A DNA stretch of 63,840 nt, counting the filler, from Chiloscyllium plagiosum (Eukaryota): assembly GCF_004010195.1 (NCBI RefSeq). It is 4 parts of one record of this genome, joined end to end, with 100 filler letters (N's around TTAATTAATTAA, not from the genome) between each part and the next. Parts side by side here need not be neighbours in the genome. Positions count along the whole stretch, not along the records: positions 24,261 to 40,081 come from NC_057715.1; 3 more parts are not named here. The stretch is one strand, 5' to 3'. Below the pieces are notes generated by a model. That model had not been told where the DNA came from, made no database searches, and worked only from the letters and a program-made list of their open reading frames with translations. Made by a program: the position numbers and the translations under genes. Positions 25,491-39,789 of the stretch are shown piece after piece; position 1 is the first letter of the stretch; every line of letters starts with the position of its first letter.

Positions 25491-27659
25491 ATTTCAAAAT
25501 AAATGTCAAAGTGTTTTCAATCAGAACATGGAAAGCAGACTGGAATATTGTCATGGAACATTACTAAGATGCACAAGAATGACAGAATTATAGAAATTAA
25601 ACAAAAGAAATGCGACTTGCACCAAGTTTCACTAAAAAGTCCCAGTGTAGCCTGAAAATGATGGCAGAGGTTAGAGTTCATCACTCAGCTTTAGATATCT
25701 CAATTGATCTGACTTTCTGAATGTGTTATAGATCCTGGGAAGTGGGGGAAATATTGAGGTAGGGAAGAAAGATGTAGGGCTGGGAGCAGCTCACAGTAAA
25801 AAGGGGTAAAAGGACAATAATGAGTTTTAATAAGCAAAAGTACATACCTATAATCAGTAGATGGTGAACATGTAATACTTTGATTGGATAACACACTCAA
25901 ACATGTAGCAATTTTGGATATTATGATCATGTGTACAGGTTTGAATATGACTGGATGAGAGTAATCGGCTCTAAATTAGAATGTAGAGTAGTGTAAATGT
26001 TGTTGGTTAGAGATAGGAATGTGTAAATGTGTAACACTTTTATTGGAAAACTGATATCTGTAAAATAGCATAAAACCATTGTCTATTTCACAAATCACAG
26101 AGTTGTGTGCTAATTTTGAACAGAATACCTTCCATGCATGCATAAATAACACTCAGACAAGATAACCTAAGTCTTGTTCAGTTTTTAAAGGATCAAAAGA
26201 TTTAAAATTTTATCTTTCAGTTTTATTGTGGAACCTGGCAGAGGTCTCACACTATTTGACAAATATTACACAATTATATTTACAAATATTAATACAAATT
26301 AAATGTTACCTTAAATGGCCGCTTGTTAGACCATAGCAAAATGGAGTTGTTTGCTACCTGACTGGTTAGGTTCTACAGTCAGCATGATGGTCTCCATTTT
26401 CAGATGGTGGGTGCCTTTTTGGGTGGGAATCCTGCAGGATTAGAGATCATGAGTTTCCGATTTGATGACCAGCACACTTCCAGCAAAATGTGATGTGGAT
26501 TCATCGGCTAATGACCTCTGAGGCATTTTGATGCATCTGATCAGGGGTTCTTGGGCTCAAGTGAAAATTGGGAGTGGAATTTACTTTCAGAGTAACCTGG
26601 ATCCTGATTTTATGCACATCCTCTATTAGTTTCTGAGACTGTACAGGTTGAATGTCCAAAATCAGCAAAGCCTCGATCTTAAAATTGTTCAATTTGTGAC
26701 ACTGTAGCTAATTGTTCTCAGTGCTGAAAATGTAACCATTCACTATTCTCCGCATTTAAATATGGAACATTCCTGAAGATCTTCTGTTCAGTGAAGTATG
26801 TGTCTCCCTATGAAAACTTTAAAATGTAGCTCCAACAAATAGAACCATCATGTTTAGAAAGACACAAGAGAAATGATCTAAAAGGCAAGGTAAATGTTGT
26901 ATTCTTGGCCAGAATTGGTAACCTATTCCATCTGTAATATTAGCCCCTTAGAGTTGGTGAGTTGATGGAGTAGGCTTTAATGAATCAGTTAATATTTTCC
27001 TGTCCAACATTTTTCTATGTTTGGAAGGTAAGGATCAACCAGGTATTATTAGTAAATACATGTCTAATCCATTTGTATGACATTCGTTTCTGATCTTTTG
27101 AAACACAGATTGTTTTGAATCACAGTTCACTTAAAATATATGACCATTCACTAACACTGCCAACTTTATCTTCTGACGTTTGTAATGTTTAAAGCTTCAA
27201 TTATTAGAGTGAGCAGATGAATAACACTATCATGGTATTTCCTTCTCACAAAGTAAGCTCAGGTGCTGATCTGTTAGTAAGAAGAGCACCTGTCATGACC
27301 TCAGGATGTGTGAAAGGAAATCACAGCCAATGGCATACCTTTGAATAGTAAGCAACTCTGATGGAACCTCTTCACTCAGAGAGCAGTGGAATATGGGCCA
27401 GAATTTTACAGTCCTCCACTGGTTAATTTGGAAGTGGTGGGGCTTGTAATATATAGTGTTTCTGGGTCTTTCCATCTTTCCACTGTCTCTGACCTATCAG
27501 GTATGATTGGCCTAGGATGGCCCACTCATTCTCACTGCAATGGAGGCCCTTGAATGTCCAATTATTGACCACCATTTTAATTAACAGCCTTTTCCTACTT
27601 GCTGATAGGAGATGTCATAGGGACAGGTCACCATGCTCGGACACCTAATACAAAGTAGT

Positions 27660-28520
27660 CTAATTTCTGTTGATAAGCTAAGGAAGTGAGTAAAAAGTTG
27701 GCAGATAAAGCCTAATATTGGAAAACATGTGGTTGTTTGCATTAGAAGGGAGAAGAAAATAATAGAATATTATTTAAATTGAGAAAAATTACAGAACATA
27801 CAAATGGTCTTGGGGATACTTGTGTACAAAACACAGAAAGCTAGCACATGGGTGCAGCAGGAAAAAAAGAAGGCTAATGGAAAGTTGGTCCTTATTTCAA
27901 GAGCCTGGAGTATAAGAGTGGGAAAGTCTTACTGCAGCTGTACAAGGTGCTGGGGAGACCACAGCTGGATTACTATGAGCAGTTTTAGACCTCTTATTGG
28001 AGGAAAGATACTATTTCATTAGAAGCTGTTTAATGGAGGTTCAATAGGATGATCCCCAATATGGAGGGATTGTTTAATGTGCAAAGCTTGATCAGGTTAA
28101 GGCTCTACTCACTGGAATTTAGAAGAGAGGGAGGTGATCTCATTGAAACGTATAGGAATGTTAAGGGACTTGACAGGATAAATGCTGAGAAGTTGTTCCT
28201 TGTCTTGGCAGAGGCTAGCACCACAGGGACACAGTCTTAGAATTAAGGAGCACCAACTTAACAAGGAAATGAGAACAATTTCTTCTTTTGGAGGGTTGTG
28301 AGTCTTTAGAATTCTTTGCCACAGACAGCTGTGGGGCCAAAGTCCTTGTGTATATTTAAAACTGAGATAGATAGAGCATTGATCCATAGGGAATCAAGAG
28401 TTAGGAGAAAAGGCAAGAATGTGGACATAAGGAGCATTGGATCAACTAAAATGATCCCATGAAATGGCAGAGAAGTTCGAGGGCTGAATGGCTGACTCCT
28501 GTTCCTATTTCTTAGGATCT
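27660..28520 (+). mobile_element. CR1 RT C-terminus and 3' tail, decayed
   Basis: RLRLYSLEFRREGGDLIETY. Tail gctgaatggctgactcctgttcctat. Confidence 0.82.
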
Positions 28521-28606
28521 CTCCTATCGACTCAAATACTCACTTTACTTACATAGTCCTGGACCCAGGCAGTTAGAATCTCAGGACTGTCTGCAGTCCC
28601 AGTTCT

Positions 28607-28980
28607 AGAATCATACAATCCCTACAGAATCATAGAATTACAGTGTGGAAACAGGCCCTTTGGCCCAACAAGTCCACACCAACCCTCTGAAGAGCAACCC
28701 ACCCGGGCCCAGTCCCCCACCCTATTATCCTATATTTATCCCTGACTAATGCACCTAACCTATACATCCCTGAGCACTCTGGGCAATTTAGCATGGCCAA
28801 TTCATCGAACCTACACATCTTTGGATTGTGGGAGGAAACTGGAGCGCCTGAAGGAAACCCACACAGACACAAGAAGAATGTGCAAACTCCACACAGACAG
28901 TCGCCCGAGAGTGGAATCAATTGCGGGTCCCTGGCGCTGTGAGACAGCAATGCCAACCACTGAGCCACCCATGCTGTCCC
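28607..28980 (-). mobile_element. HE1-type V-SINE (tRNA-derived), near full length
   Basis: Head tggctcagtgg (A box). V-core gtgtggagtttgcacattc..gggtttcc..gtttcctcccac..ccaaaga. LINE-like tail gggcctgtttccacactgta. Confidence 0.9.
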
Positions 28981-30839
28981 CTAGCCACTATTGCCACTGG
29001 CACTGTTGGAATTACAGAACTGCCAGCCAATTAGATTAGTTGGCAAATCTCCAAGGTAGGAATTCCATCCAGGTGAGGCACTGAAGTTCCTCCCGGAGCC
29101 AGTCAGTGATCCTCGTAACCTTACATGGCTATCTGGCTGCTGTGATCAGTGAGGATGCATTCCATACTGAATCTTTGTATGGTAATGTATGAAACTCTGC
29201 CATCTGGAAAATTCTGCATAGGATTTATTAATATTGGATGCAGTTAGTAGCCTATGTCTATTTAAGGAAAAGCTAGATAAGCATGAGGGGGAAAGAACTA
29301 AAAGAATATGTTGCTGGAATGAGATATAGTAAGGTAAGCTCACAAGGCTGTTTGGAGCATAATTAGAGAAAGATGTAACTTCAAGGCTGGGGCGTAGGGG
29401 AACATTAGAGGAAGGTTGGCTGCAGGACAAGAGGCAGGGTGGTAAGCATCAGAGAGAATTATATGGATAATCTCAATTCCAGCATTAATATAGTCCATGA
29501 ACTTCTCATATTTGTTGAAGCTAACTTTGGAAGAGACCCCGGAGAGGAATTTAAGAACTTTGCAGTGGCAATGAGAAGCTGGGATTACCTTTGTGTTCCA
29601 ACAGGATCCTGGAATAATACAATCAAACAATAGGATCCAAAGGGTCTGATGTTAACCAACCATGTCTGGAGATGAATGACGAAACTAATGGTCCATTGTA
29701 AACATTCATGTCAGCATTCCTTTGACTTCATCGAACAGAGATGAGGTATGTACCAGAGGAAAGATCATGGGGCCATCAAAGATATATTCTTGAGTGTACT
29801 TCAGTGGGTTAGTAGCTGCATAAATGTCATGATGATTGGAAAGACAAAAGTTTAAAAAGTGAGGCATTGGAAGACACAGTTTTAAGAAATCGGGGGAGAG
29901 TTTTTATTTACGATTGACAGAAGTGGAAGTATGGTTGAGAGGGAAAAAGGGAATGTGGGTGAAGCACAATATAAGGACCTACTCAAAGATGGTCTAAACA
30001 ATCATTAATACAATAGAAGATGAGGTCAAGGTCAAGGGAATAGACACGTCGGTGTGAGGGAGTTTATTTGACATTTGTGAATAAATAGATAATGCAACGC
30101 TGGTGAAATCTTAGAGCAGCCTAAAAATCTATTTAATACTCAGCTCAGTATGGAAAAGCCTCAACTATTGGAATCCCCCTGAATAATAAATATTGTGTTC
30201 TAAGGTAGGGTCACAGGACTCAAAATGCGAACTCTGCTTTCCCTCCACTTTCCCTCTTGCTGAGTCTCTCTCTAGCATTTTGTGTTTTGTTTTTTACAGA
30301 TCTCCAACATCTGTCCTTTTTGGTTTTATTTTAGATGTAGGGGGCCTTTTGTAGTTTGAATCAAAGGCAAATTGGTGACTATGATGGCATGAGTTTTGTT
30401 AAGCTCATTAGCAAAGATTGTGGGTCTTCTCTGCTGACTGGCAGTTGGATAATATCTCAAGAATACAAAAGAATACAAGGATGAAGCATGTAATCAGTGG
30501 TGATTACATTATGACAGAAGCAATAACTACTGGAGGTTAGAGAGGAATAAAATTATCATGAGACTTTTATAGAGAAATAACATACTGTCTTCTCAAGTAG
30601 ACCCTTGGTTGAATAGCAATGCTCTGAGCAAGATGGAAATTGGTTTGAAGTGATTGGATACCATAAGTAGTGAGAGCAGAGTATGGGTAAGTGAGAGGGT
30701 AGAGGTAGGTTAGAAGTATAGTAGTAGTTTCAGAAGACAAATAAATCAAGTGTGGGTTTTTAAAGAAAGGCGATAATTGTGCTTTTGAAAGCTTGGTAAC
30801 AATGCCAGAGGATGGAGGAAATGTAGTTCATGGGCCTTA

Positions 30840-30945
30840 AAGTGTCTCAAAATGCTTTATATCCAATGAAATACTTCAAAGTGTAGTCACTATTGTAATG
30901 TAGAATATACAGTGGCTAATTTGTATACTACATCCCACAAATAGA
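30840..30945 (-). mobile_element. Ancient Deu-type SINE 3' relic
   Basis: Minus strand reads ..ctacattacaatagtgactacactttgaagtatttcattggatataaagcattttgagac. Confidence 0.5.
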
Positions 30946-32762
30946 GTCATAGAGTCATAGAGATGTACAGCATGGAAACAGACCCTTCAGTCCAACCTGT
31001 CCACGCCGACCAGAAATCCCAACCCAATCTAGTCCCACCTGCCAGCACCTGGCCCATATCCCTCCAAACCCTTCCTATCATATACCCATCCAAATGCCTC
31101 TTAAATGTTGCAATTGTACCAGCCTCCACCATATCCTCTGGCAGCTCATTCCATACACGTACCACCCTCTGTGTGAAAAAGTTGCCCCTTAGGTCTCTTT
31201 NNNNNNNNNNNNNNNNNNNNNNNNNNNNNNNNNNNNNNNNNNNNNNNNNNNNNNNNNNNNNNNNNNNNNNNNNNNNNNNNNNNNNNNNNNNNNNNNNNNN
31301 NNNNNNNNNNNNNNNNNNNNNNNNNNNNNNNNNNNNNNNNNNNNNNNNNNNNNNNNNNNNNNNNNNNNNNNNNNNNNNNNNNNNNNNNNNNNNNNNNNNN
31401 NNNNNNNNNNNNNNNNNNNNNNNNNNNNNNNNNNNNNNNNNNACACTCCCTAGGACCTTACCATTAAGTGTATAAATCCTGCTAAGATTTGCTTTCCCAA
31501 AATTCAGCACCTCGCATTTATCTGAATTAAACTCCATCTGCCACTTCTCAGCCCATTGGCCCAGCTGGTCAAGATCCTGTTGTAATCTGAGGTAACCCCA
31601 TTCACTGTCCACTAAACCTCCAATTTTGGTGTCAACTGCAAAATTACTAACTGTACCTCTTATGCTCGCATCCAAATCATTCATATAAATGACAAAAAGT
31701 AGAGGGCCCAGCACTGATCCTTGTGGTACTCCACTGGTCACAGGCCTCCAGTTTGAAAAACAACTTTCCACCACCACCCTCTGTCTTCTACCTTTGAGCC
31801 AGTTCTGTATCCAAATGTCGAGTCCTCCCTGTATTCCATGAGATCTACCCTTGCTCACCAGTCTGCCAGGGGGAACCTTGTCGAAAGCCTTACTGAAGTC
31901 CATATAGATCACATCTATTACTCTGCCCTCATCAACCTTCTTTATTACTTCCTCAAACAACTCAATCAAGTTTGTGGGACATGATTTCCCATGCACAAAG
32001 CCATGTTGACTATCCCTAATCAATCCTTGCCTTTTCAAATACATGTACATCGTTTCCCTCAGGATTCCCTCCAACAACTTGACCACCATGGAGGTCAGGC
32101 TCACCGGTCTATAGGTCCCTGGCTTGTCATTACCGCCTTTCTTAAACAGTGGCACCACGGTTGCCAACTTCGTCTTCTGGCACCTTACCTGTGACTATCG
32201 ATGATACGAATATCTCAGCAAGAGCCCCAGCAATCACTTCTCTAGCTTCCCACAGAGTTCTTAGGTACACTTGATCAGGTCCTAGGGATTTTTCACCTTT
32301 AACCATTTCAAGACATCCAGCACTTCCTCCTCTGTAATCTGGACATTTTGTAAGATGTCACCATCTATTTCCCTACAGTCTATATCTTCCATATCCTTTT
32401 CCACAGTAAATACTGATGCAAAATACTCGTTTAGTGTCTGCAGCTTCACACAAAGGCCGCCTTGTGATCTTTGAGGGACCCTATTCTCTCCTAAGTTATC
32501 CTTTTGTCTTTAATATATTTGTAAAAACCTTTTGGATTCTCCTTAACTCTATTTGCCATTTAGTCTTCCAGCATTCCCTATACCTACCAGCCTTTCCTTT
32601 CACCCTAACGGGAATATACTTTCTCTGGACTCTCGTTATCTCATTTCTGAAGGCATTCCAATTTCCAGCTGCCCCTTTACCTCTGAAAGTTCTTGCCCAA
32701 TACCGTCAAAATTAGCCTTCCTCCAATTTAGAACTTTAACTTTTAGATCTGTTCTATCCTTT
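30946..32762 (-). mobile_element. Young CR1 (HER1-like) ORF2 with internal deletions and a gap
   Basis: VVPLFKKG..YRPVSLTS..YMDFSKAFDKVP..SGVPQGSVLGPLLF. Tail (CTATGACT)n. Confidence 0.92.
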
Positions 32763-33732
32763 CAAAGTAAGCCATTACATCAGCTGAGGTGACTTGAGCA
32801 ATATTGTTTCTATTTGAAGGGATAACTTAAACTGAATTCTGTAAAGGTGATCATATTTGACAATGTCAGCAAAACACAGCCTTCTCTTTTTCTATTTTAT
32901 TGGGACTATTACCGATTTCCTCATTAACTCAACCTCTTCAGAATAAAATAATTTAATAGCTTGCAGAAAAGCTGCTATTGATTATTAAAAATGGATAAAA
33001 ATCTGGCTAATGCATATCATGCAATTGTAGGGCAGAAATGATTTAGTAGATATAGAAAAGGCCATTAAATTCAAGCCAAAATATTGGTTATTTTAAAATG
33101 GTTCATCTCTCTCACCATAAAATAACCAGCAAGGCCCTGAAACTCCTTGGGACTTTTTACTAGTCTCTTGGTATAATGCCACTGCCTCCCAGTGGAACCA
33201 CATTGACTACAAAATGAGTGACAAGTCAGGGATGGAGGGGCAGAGGGGATTTGTAAGGTCTCCTTAAGGTGAAACATGGGGCAGAGTGACAGTAGGTGAT
33301 GCCAAAAGAGATTTGGCATAACAAGTTCCATGCCAGCATTTGTGTATCCCACCAAGAAGGATGACATCTGAAATGTGGTCTGCACTTTGGAGGAAGAAAT
33401 TTCAAAAACATCTTTAGTTGGCTAACTTATTCAGGGGTCATCTAATAGTGGCAGGGTTAAGGAGTGAGAATGTCAATGTCATTAGGGTCAGGACAGGCAG
33501 GTGCCAATGTAACATTTTCACAATATTTAGAGTTGAGATTACTAACCATGGAATTCCACGATCATAGTATTTTACATGCATTTTAACAATTCTTTAAGGA
33601 GCATTTCCAGTTTGTAACCAGACAGATTATTGTGGTTTCAAGCTTTCTTGTGCAAAATTGAATCAGGGTATTGTCCTTTAAAATCAAGGTTGTAGCTGCC
33701 TATTTTCTATGATTGATAATGCACAGGTATTG

Positions 33733-33896
33733 ACCCCCCACCCCCTCCCATTTATCTCTCCACCCCCGAGACTCCCAGCCTCATTCCTGATGAAGGACTT
33801 TTGCTGCTTCTCGGATGCTGCCTGACCTGCTGTGCTTTTCCAGCATCACACTCTCGACTCTAATCTCAAGCATCTGCAGTCCTCACTTTTGCCTAG
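33733..33896 (+). mobile_element. Neptune-type PLE 3' remnant, hammerhead partly deleted
   Basis: ttcctgatgaaggacttttgc joined to ..cggatgctgcctgacctgctgtgc..gcatctgcagtcctcac. Confidence 0.78.
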
Positions 33897-35009
33897 GTAT
33901 TGACCTGTGTCCACCATGGCTTTTGTGCCATCCAAAGAGAAAGGGAAAAGGATGAGGAGGTCAATTTGAGGCAAGTGTTTGTTTATAAGTCTCAGAGGCG
34001 CTTTGTGTTCTGTGTACCTCCTTATAGCCCACACCACATTCGCCTTTGTGGAATTTCTTTGTTGTCATCAGTCGTGTCTTGATATACAAACCTGACTCTC
34101 CAAAAGCCACCAATCAGCTGGTGCTTTGTGCTAATTTCCTGTGGGCAGCTGACGGACAGAACGTGGATGAGGCCTGTGAGTTGGAATTGGCTTGGCCTCA
34201 ATCTGTTGAGATCAATGGTGTCTTTTGGTCACCCAATGTCTGCTCCTCATTAAAATTTCTGGAGAAAACACTATTTTTCCTAATACAGGTAACAAAAAAA
34301 TCACCTCAAATCATGTCACAGACTTTGCTTTTGCCAAGAAGTCCACAGGAAGGCTAGGGTCACACCCAATGTCTCAACAGCATCCCACAGATTTATTTTA
34401 CATCCTGGCAGCTGTCCACTCATTTCACAGTTATGCTCTGGAGCACTTACTATTATTTCAACCTTTCTGTGGATTTACTTTTGTGACTTTTCCTTATCCA
34501 TGTATCATATTTTTATAATTGCTTCCATCTATTAACAATGAATATTGAAAGCTCTGCGGCAAATTCATCCAGGATGTGGTAAGAGAAAAAAGGGTCACTT
34601 TTACCTCTTGAGTGTTTGTCTGGATTTATTCCATGGATTAATAGGAACCAGGATTATTCCAATTTTAAAAATTAAATAATTAACGGTAATTTCATAAATA
34701 AGGACATAATGTTCCGTGTAATAGTTTAAGGATATTTGCATTTATATTGAAGTTCGTGACCAGAATTGTAATCTGAACATAATATCATTTAATTTTGATT
34801 TAGTCATTGAGTGCGTGCACTTGACTAATAGTGAAAACATTAAATTATAATGAGTTGACCCAGTTAAGCACATGACGTGAAATCAGGAATGCTAATTATA
34901 TTTTCATTACAAAAGTTCCATTTGTTTACATCAATGTGCAAGTCAGCTCCCCAGACATGTTGAACCCCCAAAGATGGGTGGAAGTGGATTCACAGTTTCA
35001 AAAATCAGA

Positions 35010-36340
35010 TCTTCAAGGATTGTATCAAGACTTGGACAATCTCTCAGCTTGGACTGATAAGTGGAGAGTAACATTTGCACTCGATGAGAGCCAAGCATTG
35101 AACATCTCCAGCAAGAGATAAACTAAACATTGTCCCTTAGCATTCAGTGGTGTTCCCAACACTGAATCTCCCACTATCAACATCCTGGGAGCTACCGTTG
35201 ACCAGCAACTAAACTGGAAAAGTCATATAGATGTTATTTATTTGCTTGTGGGACGTGGGCATTGCTGACAGGGCCAGCATTTATTACCCATCCCTAGTTT
35301 TCCCTGAGAAGGTGTGGTGAGCTGCCATCTTGAACTGCCACAGTCCATGCACTGCAGGTAGACCCAGAAAGCCATTAGAGTGGAATTCTAGAATTTTGCC
35401 CAGGCAATGCTGAATGAATGGCACCATATTTCCAAGTCAGGATGGTGAGTGGCTTGGAGGAGGCTTGCAGGTAGTGTTGTTCCTACATATATATCTGCTG
35501 CCTTTGTCTTTCTAGGTGGCATTTGCTGCGGGTTTTGAAGGTGCTGTCTGAGGATCTTTGATGAGTTTCTGCAGCACATCTTGTAGATACCTTCCACCAC
35601 TGAGCGTCAGTAGTGGAGGGAGTGAATGTTTATCGGTGTGATGCCAATTAAATGGGCAGATTTCTCCGGGATGGTGTCAAACTTCATAAGTGTTGGGGAT
35701 GTACTCATCCAGGCAAGTGAGAAATAGTCCATCATACTCCTGAATTGTGCCTGATGGACAGGCTTAGGGAAGCCAGCACGTATGTTTCTTGCTGCAGGAT
35801 TCCTAGCTTCCAACATGCACAAGTCAAGATCTGATGGAATATTTCCCACTTGCCTGGATGGCTGCAGCTCCAACAACACTCAAGAAGCTTGACACCATCT
35901 AGGAGAAAGCAGCTCACTTCATTGGCATGACATCCACAAACATTCATTCCCACCACCACTGACACTCAGTAGCTGCAGTGTGTACCGTTTATATGATGTA
36001 CGGCAGTAACTCACCCAAAACTCCATCGACAGCACCTTTGAAAGCCATGACTTTTACCATGCAGAGGATATGGGTAACAATGCACGGGAAAACTATCACC
36101 AGCAGCAATTCTCTTCCATGACAGACACTACCCTGAACCAAAACCATCTCACTTATCCTTCACTTTTCGTGGGTTTAAAACCCTGGAACTCCTTCACTAT
36201 TAACACTGCCAGTGCGAACATAACCCAAGGACTGCAGCAGTACAGTTCACCACCACGTTCTCAAGGACAGTTAGAGATGGACAACAAATGCTGGCCCAAC
36301 CACTGATGCCCACATCCCATGAATGAATAAAATAAAAACA
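35010..36340. mobile_element. CR1/L2-group LINE fragments: + (35010-35225), minus 3' end (35235-35800), + 3' end (35800-36340)
   Basis: QDLDNLSAWTDKWRVTF, plus two oppositely oriented copies of the family tail seen at 21140. Confidence 0.75.
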
Positions 36341-38196
36341 ACCCAAACCAGCTTCCAACGTACAAACCTCCAGCTTTAACTGAGGGTTCAATGTGGGTTG
36401 GTAATAAGTCCTCCCAAGATCATTGGTATTTTACATATGAGAATGAGGCTGCATTAATAATCTAATTTTACCTTTATTTCAGGTTGGATGAGTTGTCCTA
36501 AGTGTTAGAAATGCAGCAACTACATTGAGGAAGGGACTTGCAGGAGATGAATATCTTTACATTTACCTCCTGGATCCAGTGTCAATATTCTTGCCTGACG
36601 AGCCATGGTAATCCCTGTACCCGACCTTCTCATGAAGCCCTGGATCTCAAATCCACATCTGTTCTCCAACTGGAAACTTCCCTTCCCCTCTCCCAGATCC
36701 ACTAGCTTAACCCCATCAGGTCTCCAAGCCACCCTCTTCTTCACCCTGGCACAGAACTATAATCCATTGCTTCTTTGCTGTACCACCAGGCCTTTGACTT
36801 CAAAACCCCACCAGGCCTCTGACCTCCACTAAGGAAGGCCCCTGATCCATTCTCAGAGGCTTCTGAAACCCCATTACTCAGGCCCCTGTTCTCCCCCTAT
36901 CCTTCCTTTCCAAATCTGTACTTACACATGCTTCAGTACTCTGATTGATCCTCAGAGTTTCCTTGGTTGTAGAGCTTCCCTCAAAACAGACTGATCTCTT
37001 CTACCTGCCAGTACACTTGGAATGGCCCCGCTCTTACTCCATGATCACTTTCATTAGCTGGAAGAGATGTAGTTGATTCTGCAGCTTTAACATGTCAGCT
37101 CCCCAGCCAAGTGGAAGCCAACTCTGTCTCTCAGGTTAGTCTTCAGGTAGAAACCAGTAGGTGATGAATCTACCCAGCATGCTGGGGGTGTTTAGTGGTT
37201 GAAGTGAGCCGGCAGGGTAGAGAATCCTAATTCTTTACTGCCATCAGCTCTCCGCTAACTTCCAGTGGATCAATTAATGAAACAAAACTCAACCTTGAGA
37301 GAATACAGCTTTACAAGGCTGCAAGAAATTAGAGAAGGAACATTGCTGAGTAGATCTATATATTACATATTAATTGAAATTTCAGAATGCCTAAGAAATG
37401 GCAACAAATAATCATATGATAAAATTAACAGCTCCATCTAACCGAAAAGTCAAACCACTAGCTATAAAAATTGTTTCTCAGTATGAATTTCCACCACCCT
37501 TCAGAGATCAATTCTCATAAGTTAATAAAATGATAATTTTATAAAGAGCACAGACACCACAAAAATGTTGTTTTGCTGTTGCACTCTGCAAAAGAATTTA
37601 AATCCTATTCCTCACTCAGCTCAGACGAACACTAAAGTCTCCTTTTCTAAAACAATATTTTTTGACAATTTGCATTTACTTGAAGACAAAAGCTTCTAAA
37701 GATAATTTTTTGGAAAATACCTCAAAAGTTGCCAATGATAACAGACTTTGCTTCTGATGGAATTCACTGAGCACGAGCCAGGAGACTAATATTAATTGCA
37801 TGGCATATTGGACTCTTCACTTCACAAGAACTTCAAAAAGACGTTGATTAACTGGAAATCACCTTTTTATAAGAACAGACCTGTGTTCAAATTTTATCGG
37901 AGGTCTGTTTGAAACAGCCACATTAGAGTCAGGTTTGGATATTTTTGTACTGTTGTTTGGCAACTCATCCTGCTTTTAATTTTAAGCAGTCAGTGTTTAC
38001 AAAAGGAGTTACCTCTCATTGGGATTTTGTTTTGACAAAGAACAGAAGCTAGCATAATGTTGTTATCAAGAATAGGCAATTGACAAACGACAAGCTATGC
38101 TTTCACCTCTTCTTTTTTCACTTGAGTCCATTTTGATGACAGCACTTTAGAAAACCATCTAATTACAGTTCAGAGTCTTTTTTTTTAGAAGAGTGA

Positions 38197-38468
38197 TTAG
38201 ATTAGATTAGATTACTTACAGTGTGGAAACAGGCCCTTCGGCCCAACAAGTCCACATGAACCTGGGTCTCTGGCGCTGTGAGGCAACAGTGCTAACCACT
38301 GTGCCACCGTGCCGCCCACTTTTTTATTAGATTACTTACAGTGTGGAAACAGGCCCTTCGGCCCAACAAGTCCACACCGCCCCGCCGAAGCGCAACTCAC
38401 CCATACCCCTACATCTACCCCTTAGCTAACACTACGGGCAATTTAGCATCGCCAATTCACCAATTCAC
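38197..38468 (-). mobile_element. Two adjacent HE1-type SINE pieces: core-deleted head+tail copy (38197-38318) and 5'-truncated copy (38326-38460)
   Basis: attagattacttacagtgtggaaacaggcccttcggcccaacaagtccaca occurs twice. tRNA head gggcggcacggtggcacagtgg. Confidence 0.85.
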
Positions 38469-38789
38469 AAAAAAGGCTAATTTTATCTACAAATAAGTCT
38501 AACATGAATAATGTCATTTCCAAAAAAAATGGACTACATGGTTTATTATCCCATCCAAACAAGAGGAAGAAAAATATTTAATTGTTACTCAAATATTTTA
38601 GCAATATAGAAGCAACTATCTTGTATCATGATTGCTATTGTAATTTGTTTTCTAGAAAAGAATTAGCCTTTTTTTATAACTAACCTGCACATTGCTAAAT
38701 AACTCACTGTATCTGTTCCTGAAACCCTAATCCAGAACTTTGATATACCTGTAGACTTAATCGTTCTTGCTTGGCCGAACTACTATTCT

Positions 38790-39170
38790 CCCTAAAGATG
38801 AACTTATCCAAAACTCTACCATCTGCATCCTGGCTCACACCAAGACTCGTTCATCCATTCTCCTCGTGAACATTGCCCGACAATGGCTGCTGGCCTGATG
38901 CCTCAATTTTAAAGTTCTCCTCTTTGTTTTTCAGTCCTCCTTGGACTTCTGCCTCTGTACATCTGTAACTTGTACCACCTCAATAACTCTCTGAGATTTC
39001 CACGCTTGTTGAATTCTGGGTCTGTTGCATATCCCTGATTTCAATTACTTCAAAATTTGGAACTTTGCCCTCCTCAACTTAGACCTAATGCTGGAATCTC
39101 CTATCTAAACCTCTTAATCCCTCTACTCTTTTTTTCCTAGTAATACATTTCTTAAAATTTACCTATTTGG
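38790..39170 (+). mobile_element. Ancient L2-clade 3' fragment
   Basis: ELIQNSTICILAHTKTRSSI..QWLLA*CLNFKVLLFVFQS resembles the L2 motif LQLIQNSAARIL..LHWLPV..FKILLLVFK. Confidence 0.65.
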
Positions 39171-39789
39171 TTGATTAGTGACATCTCCAGGGGTGAGTCA
39201 GGTGCTGTGTAAATGTTGCGTAATACCCCTGGGTTACGAAGACTGAAATGCTGTTTAAATATGGTATCGAGAGGCTGGAGCCCAGAATGTTTCTGGTGGA
39301 CTTTAAATTTCACCTCTGGCTGTCACTAAAATGTGGTAATTCACCCTAGCATGATTATATAATGAACTGAAAAGAATATAATCAGGAAATCTCGACCCTG
39401 AGTGCAAGCCCTTCCTGTTTTTACACCGATCTCCACACTTCATCTTAAAGAAATAAAATGCCATTCATAGCCTCTGAACTAAAAAACTTCCTTTTTATTT
39501 TGTAAGACCTACTTTCTCAAGAAATGGCCACGTGAGCAGTAGTTCTAATCTCAAATGCCCGCTTGGTTCTGATATGATTGTATCCCATTTGATACAACCA
39601 AGTCCAGAAGATGTATAAGTGTCTCATTTTACTCCTGAGGTTGGTCATAGTCAAACTTTTAAGAAGGATGTGATTTTTAAAATATTCAGTATATATATGA
39701 CCATGTTATGCTTTGTGAAGAAATAAGCTAGCCTTGAGTTTACAAATATCAAAATTAGAGGCAGAGTGCCTGCAGAGTGGAGAGATAAA

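Noticed and set aside
28630..29039. ORFs of 96-112 aa (also 48030-48339)
   Set aside because: Chance translations of HE1 SINE sequence.
30947..32167. Long RT ORFs as active or domesticated genes (also 41228-41986, 42342-43082, 50056-50655)
   Set aside because: All are truncated, frameshifted or deleted, and some have altered catalytic motifs (FAVD, FADG, FTDD). There is no sign of selection.
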